From Promethearchaeota archaeon (GTDB lineage: Archaea; Asgardarchaeota; Lokiarchaeia; Sigyniarchaeales; SOKP01): 14,403 bases of DNA. The DNA lies in assembly GCA_016930515.1 (NCBI GenBank), contig JAFGGO010000154.1:1-14403 (forward strand). The letters run 5' to 3'. This document shows, piece by piece, positions 7,162-14,403 of the stretch. Made by a program: the position numbers and the translations under genes. How positions within the stretch are numbered: the first letter of the stretch is position 1; each line of letters starts with the position of its first letter. The notes beneath the pieces were generated by a model. The model was not told where the DNA came from. It made no database searches and was given only the letters and a program-made list of their open reading frames with translations.

Positions 7162-7691
7162 TTTATTACTACCTCTTTTCTGGAAAGTACTTTATTTAAC
7201 TCGTTCTTAATGATCTTAATTAATCTTAACTTATGAGAAGGATCAATAGCAATCATTCCATAGGTTTGCACTTCGAGAATTTCTTCGATTTTATTCACTT
7301 CTAAGCGATCCTTTCTTTGTTCGTATAGATCTTGCTTGTTTGCAATTGCAATGATTGGGCATTCATCGTCTAATATTTTATCTGCCACATCGATTAATAC
7401 TCGCGACGACATAACATTTCTCAATGTCGAATCGGTGACTACCAAGACGATATCCGAACCTAATAAATAACTACTAAGAAAGGAGTTCATGTATATATTT
7501 TGCCCACCAAAATCCCAAATCTTAATCCGATAGTTTTCAAACTCCACTGTTTTCAAGTCAAAACCCTGGGTTGGCAAGTAAATTCGATCAATTAATTTTT
7601 GCGAGAGCAATTTTAACAAGCTCGTTTTTCCAACAGCTGGGTATCCTATGATCGATATTTTAGCAAGGTTATTTATTCTCGAGCCAATCAT
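7158..7691 (-). CDS. Ras-superfamily small GTPase (Arf/Rab-like, Asgard type)
   Basis: G1 GYPAVGKT, G2 PTQG, G3 WDFGGQ, G4 NKQD, degenerate G5 (MIAI); 177 aa. Confidence 0.96.
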   Translation of the reverse strand: MIGSRINNLAKISIIGYPAVGKTSLLKLLSQKLIDRIYLPTQGFDLKTVEFENYRIKIWDFGGQNIYMNSFLSSYLLGSDIVLVVTDSTLRNVMSSRVLIDVADKILDDECPIIAIANKQDLYEQRKDRLEVNKIEEILEVQTYGMIAIDPSHKLRLIKIIKNELNKVLSRKEVVIN

Positions 7692-7818
7692 TTTACTCTT
7701 TAAAAAACACTATAAGTATAATTTGATGACACTAGAATAATAACTCTGATGATATGCAGATATTACAGTTTTATAACCAATACTCATGAATCGTCTATTT
7801 GATAATCTTATAAGGTGA

Positions 7819-8838
7819 TTATTTTTTCTTCTGCTTAAATATAAATATCTGAAAGATTCCAATTATCAGAGTCATGATCATAAAATATATGAAAAGTCCT
7901 ATTGCTTGAGCGAGAACCTGATTGAAATACGCGTCAGGATCAGAAACCACCAAGTTTACAAGCCGAATATTAATAATTTGTACCAACATTTTCATTAAAA
8001 TGAAAAAAACTGCGATGGTGTCTGCTCGGATGATTTTTATATGATCGTGAAAATACTCTACTCTATCAAAGATTGATCCGATTATGTAAATGAATAATAA
8101 CAAATCGATTACGAACGCAAATATATCGTAAACAGGGTTGTTAATATATTTAAATTCGGCCCAAATGTTTAATATTATATATGAAACATATAATACGACA
8201 AATATATAAAATAAGGGGATGTATGCAGCTAATTTCTGTAATATAATGAGAGTTACAAGCACGATTATTAAAAGAATCAAGAGTACCCATACAACTATTT
8301 CAAAAATCCATTGTATCATCACGATAAAACCGGGATGAGCGGGAGGAGAAATTCTCAAAAGCAACCTTATGGAAATGTAAATAAGAACAATCGTTAAAAT
8401 CAAAAAAGCAAAGAATTCGATAGTTCTCAAAACTTTAGGATTTTTGCTCTTATAAAAAGCGCGATCAACTTTTGTAGAAGTATCCATACAAAATTTAAAG
8501 GCAAAAAAGGCGGTTATTACTTGATTTGCAAAAAAGCAGAACAAGTAAAGATAATCTACATACATTCCTAGAAAATATGTGAGGGGAAACACGAGGATGA
8601 TGGCAATAATTATCGCCACGATACCTATTTTCTCGATCGGAGCAAAAATGGAAAATATTAAGATGATAAGCGTGAACGCAGCTAAAAAACCGGTAAAAAG
8701 TGCGATATAATTTCCTATGTTCAATTGTGGATTTGAATAGGTGATAAAATACAAGACCCATGAAACGAGAAAGGCGACGAATATAATTACTAATAATGGT
8801 TTTTTAAAAAGACCCTTGTAACCGTTTACGACTCTCAT
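7819..8838 (-). CDS. Polytopic membrane protein of unknown function
   Basis: 339 aa with about 9-10 hydrophobic segments and a basic C-terminus; no recognisable motif. Confidence 0.85.
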   Translation of the reverse strand: MRVVNGYKGLFKKPLLVIIFVAFLVSWVLYFITYSNPQLNIGNYIALFTGFLAAFTLIILIFSIFAPIEKIGIVAIIIAIILVFPLTYFLGMYVDYLYLFCFFANQVITAFFAFKFCMDTSTKVDRAFYKSKNPKVLRTIEFFAFLILTIVLIYISIRLLLRISPPAHPGFIVMIQWIFEIVVWVLLILLIIVLVTLIILQKLAAYIPLFYIFVVLYVSYIILNIWAEFKYINNPVYDIFAFVIDLLLFIYIIGSIFDRVEYFHDHIKIIRADTIAVFFILMKMLVQIINIRLVNLVVSDPDAYFNQVLAQAIGLFIYFMIMTLIIGIFQIFIFKQKKK

Positions 8839-8880
8839 ATCATATTCATTTTTTATTTTTTATTGGTAAGTGATTTATAC

Positions 8881-9657
8881 TTATTTAAATTTATGAACGA
8901 ACTTTTCTAATGGAGGGTAATATTCGTTCTCAAACATGGAAATATCATTGTGTCCAGCCCCTTCAATATAAATTAATTCCTTATAAATAGAGTCTGGTAG
9001 TGAATTATATATAATTTTTGCTTGCTCTGGGGGAACTATCCAATCGGATGTACCATGAATAATAAGTGTAGGTTTAGAAAATTTCTTGATTCGAGTATCG
9101 TTCGAATATGAAGCAATGGATTCTTCGGTTAAACTTGGATCCTTAATGGCAAAAAGACCTGTCATCATTTTATATAAACTTCCAAAACCACTTTCAAAAA
9201 TTATACCTTTCAATCGTTTTGGATTTCGGCTTCCTATTTCAGAGGCACAAGTGCTTCCTAAAGACCTTCCTTTGACAAATAGAGAATCTCTCATTTGATT
9301 GTCGTCCATCCATTCTTCGAATTGTAAATAGATGGGGTAAGCGTCTTCGATAAGACTACCATAAGTTGGATCTCCGTTACTAAATCCATAACCCCGAAAG
9401 TCTGCTACAGCAAGATTTACATTACAATCGAAATATTTAGAGGCTAAATATTGATAATCTGAGGCGATTTCTCCATTACCGTGAAATAAAAGAATAGTTG
9501 GGAGGTCCTGATTTTTAATAAAACAGAATCCTCCAATATTAATACCATCTTTAAGCAAAAATTCGAGAACCTTAACATTAGAACTGGTCTCACGTGGTTT
9601 TGTTATTTTTCTGGGATAAAAAATTGCACTAGAAATACGTTTATCGTCAATATTCAT
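8881..9657 (-). CDS. Alpha/beta hydrolase (ABHD13/BEM46/ABHD17-like)
   Basis: LLFHGNGE, DFRGYGFS.G.P, nucleophile GRSLG, PTLIIHGTSDWIVP, GAGHND (Ser-Asp-His triad). Confidence 0.95.
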   Translation of the reverse strand: MNIDDKRISSAIFYPRKITKPRETSSNVKVLEFLLKDGINIGGFCFIKNQDLPTILLFHGNGEIASDYQYLASKYFDCNVNLAVADFRGYGFSNGDPTYGSLIEDAYPIYLQFEEWMDDNQMRDSLFVKGRSLGSTCASEIGSRNPKRLKGIIFESGFGSLYKMMTGLFAIKDPSLTEESIASYSNDTRIKKFSKPTLIIHGTSDWIVPPEQAKIIYNSLPDSIYKELIYIEGAGHNDISMFENEYYPPLEKFVHKFK

Positions 9658-9881
9658 GGTTGATATATTATTAAGTTCTATTTTCTCAATAAAAAGGATG
9701 ATTTTAAAAAATTAATAAATACCCATCATATAAAAAAATATAAGGTTTTTAATTCTAAAAAATAGGAATTACGAGGTTTTTAACAAAATATATATAATTC
9801 AATCAAGAAAACAAGAACTTTTAAATTTATAAGATAATACTATGTTATAATATGATATGAATGCCAAAAGTGAAATTTTAA

Positions 9882-10376
9882 ATGACCAAAGAACAAATTA
9901 AATATTCAGAAAGGGAATATCCACACACACATCTTATTTTAATTCTCACACCGTTAATCTTTTCAATAATATGGTTATTAGATGGTTTTATATTAGAATG
10001 GTCGACTTGGTTAAACCATTATATTCCAACCTTGGTAAGAATTATTTTATTCATGATAACTCTTGGAGTAGCACTTACAACAATATATATCTCCCATAAA
10101 AAATTATTTACTCACGATAACCCATCAAACGAATTAATCACCAATGGTATTCTCAAATACTCGAGGAATCCATTATATTTTGGAATATTAATCTTATATA
10201 TTTCATTAATTCTTCTTTCTATCTCATTAATCTCAATAGTACTTTTTATTCTAATCTTCTTAATTTACAATAAAATGGTAAATTTTGAAGAAAAAATTCT
10301 TGAAGAGATGTTTGGAGAGGAATATTATAAATATAAATCTGACACATCGAAATGGATACCAATTCCACTCAAATGA
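9882..10376 (+). CDS. Isoprenylcysteine carboxyl methyltransferase / PEMT-family membrane methyltransferase
   Basis: LITNGILKYSRNPLYFG and EEKILEEMFGEEYYKYK...KWIP motifs with TM helices. Confidence 0.93.
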   Translation: MTKEQIKYSEREYPHTHLILILTPLIFSIIWLLDGFILEWSTWLNHYIPTLVRIILFMITLGVALTTIYISHKKLFTHDNPSNELITNGILKYSRNPLYFGILILYISLILLSISLISIVLFILIFLIYNKMVNFEEKILEEMFGEEYYKYKSDTSKWIPIPLK

Positions 10377-10411
10377 ATACTAAACAAAATTAAAATATTT
10401 TTTAATAATAA

Positions 10412-11083
10412 TTAGCGACAAATATCATAGAGTTCTTCATAAATTTTGCGTAGTCTATAAAGCGTTCCTTGATCGCTTTGTATTATAGCTTGTTGAATAT
10501 AGGCTGGTAATCCCGTAGGATCGTTCATCCATTGAAGAAAATCTCTAACTTCAGATTCAACTACAGAATCAACACGAGTCACTAAGGAAGTATAGCTGCC
10601 AGAACTCATTGAATTGGAATTTGAAGAATAACTCAAACTTTGAGAATTACTAGTGGCTTGAATCCCTATTTCTGGCTCTAAAATAGGACCAAAAGATTTA
10701 TCTTGAATTTTTGCTGCCGCTCGAGCAACAAATGGATATGCGTAATGATACCAGCCTTTAGCTTTAGGTTTCACATGTGCAAGCACATAAACGGATTTAT
10801 CAGGGGTTGTAGCACCAATAAGGTGCCCTTTTGAGCCTTTCTTGTTATCTGTTGCAATAAATCGCTCGGGAGCACATTGAAGGATTGAATATCTATTACC
10901 ACCAACTTCAACGAACATTCCCCTGCCACTCTGCCAAGTAGCAATCACTTTTTTCATATCACGGGCAACATCAAACTTTTTCGTATTAAATAGACATTTT
11001 CCGTTCGGTTTTACGATTATAACTTCGTCAGCATCAGCATAACCTTTTTGGAGCTTACTTACAACCGATTTATAATTTGTCAT
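10412..11083 (-). CDS. Asgard profilin-like protein with Ser-rich linker and extra C-terminal domain
   Basis: First ~130 aa follow the Loki profilin pattern as I recall it (IIVKPNGKCLFNTKKFDV..D; VEVGGNRYSILQCAPERFIATD...KGHLIGA; VLAHVKP). Then a Ser/Asn-rich linker and a ~50-aa helical tail. Confidence 0.8.
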   Translation of the reverse strand: MTNYKSVVSKLQKGYADADEVIIVKPNGKCLFNTKKFDVARDMKKVIATWQSGRGMFVEVGGNRYSILQCAPERFIATDNKKGSKGHLIGATTPDKSVYVLAHVKPKAKGWYHYAYPFVARAAAKIQDKSFGPILEPEIGIQATSNSQSLSYSSNSNSMSSGSYTSLVTRVDSVVESEVRDFLQWMNDPTGLPAYIQQAIIQSDQGTLYRLRKIYEELYDICR

Positions 11084-11173
11084 TTTAAAAACCCATTTTT
11101 CTGTGATAAAAAAAACATTGATTCAGATACTTATTTTAATATCATGAAGATTTATATACATATCCCTTTTGTC

Positions 11174-11185
11174 AAAAGAAAAAAA
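11174..11185 (-). terminator. Oligo-T tract (minus strand), possible terminator of the acyltransferase-like operon
   Basis: TTTTTTTCTTTT on the minus strand, ~22 nt after the stop at 11208. Confidence 0.35.
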
Positions 11186-11207
11186 TTACAATTTGCTTTA
11201 TTAAGAA

Positions 11208-12161
11208 TTAATTATTTGGTTGAGATTTGCGAAATTTTTCAGTATCGAAAATGACTTTCTTATTTTCATCGACCAATCTTCGAATTGGTGGTTTTTTGCT
11301 CTCATCAATTACTTTTTGTGCTTGTCTTCTTGCCTCTTCGAGGATTTTCAAATCGATGTATGTTTGAGTACGCTTGTATTTTTTTGCTGGTTTTCCTATG
11401 TAAATCCAGTCTGGTTCTAGAACTTGTCCCACATGAGTCATGGCCCAGACGCCAAGCGTGGAACTATGACCAATGATCGTACCGGGTGCAATAACCGAAT
11501 TTCCTCCTAAGACGACGTGATCTCCAATAACCACTCTCTTAATCAATAAATAATCCTCGTTATTAATCCTAATAATCATGCTCGAAAGAACCGCAGCACC
11601 TTGCCCTATCATTATATTTCTCCCGTATTCGATGAACTCTGTATCGCTCCATCCATCGAACATCGTTGATTTGAAGTCTGCGGTCATTGTCCTCATGCTA
11701 CATATTTTGAAGGCAAAATTAGTAATCCAGGGAAAGCAAAAATTATTCCATACCCAAAACACGTGTTTTTTTACCGCTGTTCTCAAACAAAAATACTTGT
11801 AATCCTTGTCTTTACCTGTTACTTTAAACAATCCTTCTTTAGGAAGATGAATCAATTCCAAAATTATAAGTATTAATTTTCCAAAGGTGAGACTAACAAG
11901 CACATATACTCCCCACCACGCAAATACATCCAAAAAAATAAATAATATACGTAAATTATATACATCTTGGTCTAACGCAAAATCAAAAAACGTTAGAGCC
12001 ATTACTGTTGGTAAAATGAGGGAAACAACATTAAGAATAATATAAATCAGGCTAGCAGAAAAAGGCCATTTAAAAGCGCTCGTAGTAATGGGAATTGTAG
12101 TTAAATCAATTCCTTTTTTATCATCTTCTTCATCAACTTTTGGTTTATCTTCATTCACCAT
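11208..12161 (-). CDS. Membrane protein with left-handed beta-helix (hexapeptide repeat) acyltransferase-like domain
   Basis: Two TM helices, PKEGLF...DKDYKY motif, hexapeptide repeats IEYGRNIMIGQGAAV / VVIGDHVVLGGNSVIAPGTIIG, YIGKPA. Overlaps the upstream gene by 11 nt. Confidence 0.9.
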   Translation of the reverse strand: MVNEDKPKVDEEDDKKGIDLTTIPITTSAFKWPFSASLIYIILNVVSLILPTVMALTFFDFALDQDVYNLRILFIFLDVFAWWGVYVLVSLTFGKLILIILELIHLPKEGLFKVTGKDKDYKYFCLRTAVKKHVFWVWNNFCFPWITNFAFKICSMRTMTADFKSTMFDGWSDTEFIEYGRNIMIGQGAAVLSSMIIRINNEDYLLIKRVVIGDHVVLGGNSVIAPGTIIGHSSTLGVWAMTHVGQVLEPDWIYIGKPAKKYKRTQTYIDLKILEEARRQAQKVIDESKKPPIRRLVDENKKVIFDTEKFRKSQPNN

Positions 12162-13650
12162 CGAGATTATCTCCTAGAATTGATTTTAACTCTTCATTTT
12201 TAAGTTTCTTTATAGGAAATCCTCCATATATTCCTTCAGTTCCTAATTTATCGAATTTTATGGATGTGCTCATCGGTAACCATGTTACATCGTTTGCTAC
12301 CTCCAATCCAGGCATACCACCTATCATAGCATTATAAACACAATTATCGCCAGATTCTGCACCCCAAAATGTGAGATTTTCGCTACCATAGACTCCATCG
12401 ACCAGGTGATTCGAGATGTGAGAAAATGTTCCCGCATAACAATTCTTCCCATAATTTATATGGGCATGTAGATAACACTCCTCAATGACCGTCCCTTTTC
12501 CGATTTTATTTGATCCTATGAATTTAAGCTCCCAATTAATTAACCACGGAAATGGTGATCGAATGAATGCAAAAATGGGATATTTCATCAAAAATGACCC
12601 AAAATGATAATAATCCAAGGCAGTAGTTGTATCGTCAAGGTTTCGATCAAAAATTCCTTGGGTAGGCCCTCTTTTATCGGCAAATCTAAAAAATATTCGG
12701 GTAAACAAGGCAAGAAAAAATAAATGTACGATGTAAAAAATTGAAAAAATTAGAGGTGTAATGAGCATCTGAATTATTATTGAAATATCCAGAAGATTAT
12801 CGATTATAAAAGGAATAGACAAGACATTTGGTTCAAAAAAGGAATAAAAATAAAAAATAAATAAAAAACCCGGTATAATAAAGGAACCACCAATAATTAA
12901 AAACCCAGAAGTAATATACAAGTGAAATGGAATTCTTAATTCTTTAGTGTGAGTTTTTAAGGATTCAGGATCTAAATCCAATTCTCTTTTCTTTGCAAAA
13001 ATTGATCTTTCTATAGAATTTCTATTATTTATTATCGAATTGTCGAATTTTTTCTTGGTGGGTTGTCCAGAATAAGTTGAATTTGCAGATATCTTTTGAT
13101 TAAGTTGAGTCATTGAAATGGCATCAATAATGGAATTTTCTCCTATTTCGGTTCCTGGTAAAATAATGGAATGTGCACCAATAATGACATTATCTTCAAT
13201 TTTAATTTTTTTTATTATTATTTTATCCTTAATTATTAGATTTGACATTAGAATGCTTCCTTGTCCAAGTCGAACATTTTTTCCGCATTGAATGAACTCA
13301 CAATCGTACCACCCCTCGCTTAATAATGCAGAAAAAGGAACTTTCAAACCTAATAATTTTGCTACTAAAGTTTCTATAAAAGGTAGGGATAATTGACGCG
13401 ATAACCAAGCTGGCCATTTTCTAACTAGAGCTCGAAGACTCCAATAACAATAATCTTTATCTTTTTTATTTCTTTCAAATACACCCTCTTTTGGCTTATG
13501 TATTAGATTTATAAATCTGAGAATGATTTTAACAACGAATGCTGAAGCCATTATTAATAATAAATAGGCAAAAAAAAAAATTACTGGAAATAACGCAAAA
13601 TATAGAATATCCTTTATAACAAATGAAGACCAATAATACCAAATGAGCAA
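12151..13650 (-). CDS. Membrane protein with two tandem (2TM + LbH acyltransferase-like) modules; true start probably upstream of 13650
   Basis: Module 1: PKEGVFER..DKDYCY, IQCGKNVRLGQGS, IKIEDNVIIGAHSIILPGTEIG, YSGQP. Module 2: PTQGIFDR...DYY, KIGKGTVI, INYGKNCYAG, YGGFP. The frame stays open to 13797. Confidence 0.9.
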   Translation of the reverse strand: MLIWYYWSSFVIKDILYFALFPVIFFFAYLLLIMASAFVVKIILRFINLIHKPKEGVFERNKKDKDYCYWSLRALVRKWPAWLSRQLSLPFIETLVAKLLGLKVPFSALLSEGWYDCEFIQCGKNVRLGQGSILMSNLIIKDKIIIKKIKIEDNVIIGAHSIILPGTEIGENSIIDAISMTQLNQKISANSTYSGQPTKKKFDNSIINNRNSIERSIFAKKRELDLDPESLKTHTKELRIPFHLYITSGFLIIGGSFIIPGFLFIFYFYSFFEPNVLSIPFIIDNLLDISIIIQMLITPLIFSIFYIVHLFFLALFTRIFFRFADKRGPTQGIFDRNLDDTTTALDYYHFGSFLMKYPIFAFIRSPFPWLINWELKFIGSNKIGKGTVIEECYLHAHINYGKNCYAGTFSHISNHLVDGVYGSENLTFWGAESGDNCVYNAMIGGMPGLEVANDVTWLPMSTSIKFDKLGTEGIYGGFPIKKLKNEELKSILGDNLDGE

Positions 13651-13855
13651 AATTGATGGTTGAGCACTAATAACTATAATAAAGAAGTACCATAAAAGAT
13701 ATCTCTTTTTTGCGAGAGTATTAGTTGTTCGTGCTCCCTCTCGAACTGAAGATGGAATTGAAATAATAAATTCACTGTTCTTTATAGTAATTTTTAATTA
13801 ATAGATCATAAGAGGATTCAATTAATTAAATGTTTTTTTTAAGTTAACGCTGATT

Positions 13856-14224
13856 TTATTCGGAGTCTTTAAAATCTTCGATTATTTCAATTTGTTTATC
13901 AGCACTAAAAACGATTGCCGTGATTCTTGCGGGTTCGTCTTCGTTTTCGAATTCTTGGTTTGGGTCGAACATTAAGAAATAGAATTTTTGTTCTTCGGAT
14001 TCGTATCCTATTTCCATTTCGCCACAATCATCAGGCAGATCTTTTTTTAATTCTTCATTGGCATTTTTTAAGAGGATACTGTAAATTTTATCTTCTATTT
14101 CTCTCTGATTCTTCCTTATGTCCTTGATTGCATTAAAATCAAAATCACCGAATGATGCACCGACTTTTTCGTTTAATTCTTGCCAGGTGTTAAAGAGCTT
14201 TTTAAGTTCAGCAGGATTAGTCAT
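13856..14224 (-). CDS. Small acidic hypothetical protein
   Basis: 122-aa ORF with ATG, SD-like AAGGT upstream and protein-like composition; fills the space between neighbours. Confidence 0.8.
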   Translation of the reverse strand: MTNPAELKKLFNTWQELNEKVGASFGDFDFNAIKDIRKNQREIEDKIYSILLKNANEELKKDLPDDCGEMEIGYESEEQKFYFLMFDPNQEFENEDEPARITAIVFSADKQIEIIEDFKDSE

Positions 14225-14342
14225 ACTATACCTTAATTTTTCCCGTTAATTTAAATTTGTTATTTTCATGTTTTTTAGATGAATTATCTATTATGAAAAA
14301 TTATTTTAAAAATTTAATTAAATTATGAAGAAGTGTTTCTCA

Positions 14343-14403
14343 ATGAACGATATAAAAAATCAATTTGAAAAAATCAAGAAATCAAAAAACGAAGATCTCA
14401 TAA
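14343..14403 (+). CDS. Possible 5' end of a CDS truncated by the window edge
   Basis: ATG 14343 (in-frame ATG also at 14325) reads MNDIKNQFEKIKKSKNEDLI and is open to the end; divergent from 14224. Confidence 0.45.
   Translation, partial: MNDIKNQFEKIKKSKNEDLI

Noticed and set aside
13570-13580. A11 homopolymer (T11 on the coding strand) as a phase-variation or frameshift site
   Set aside because: The frame is intact and encodes Ile/Phe residues in a TM helix; such runs are expected at this AT content.
269-14127. Short alternative-frame and antisense ORFs in the track (e.g. 269-481, 598-834, 4649-5014, 5817-6089, 8495-8761, 11220-11420, 13927-14127)
   Set aside because: They lie within or opposite well-supported genes and show no protein-family features; shadow ORFs.

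Overview
AT-rich, gene-dense archaeal window, very probably from an Asgard archaeon (Lokiarchaeia-like). That assignment is inferred from gene content: a profilin-like protein, an Arf/Rab-like small GTPase, a longin/uDENN-like partner and an IPGF-TM-basic C-terminal sorting signal. It holds 13 complete CDSs plus a possible partial one at the right edge: thiolase; a 931-aa TrmB-like wHTH/coiled-coil protein with four C-terminal helical repeats; a surface-anchored beta-lactamase-fold serine hydrolase; a DIP1984/DUF6847-like helical protein; a longin-wHTH plus small GTPase pair; a membrane protein; an alpha/beta hydrolase; an ICMT/PEMT-family methyltransferase; an extended profilin; two membrane LbH acyltransferase-like genes; and a small acidic protein. 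The most striking unexplained element is a ~250-nt non-coding region (6291-6539) starting at the stop codon of the DIP1984-like gene. It folds by eye into nested long-range stems. These enclose a tRNA-like three-hairpin domain (perfect T-loop, UUC anticodon-like loop) and a run of ten 7-nt-periodic units (xxTTAxx). This is a candidate new protein + structured ncRNA system. All family calls come from motif recognition by eye; no database searches or folding programs were run.
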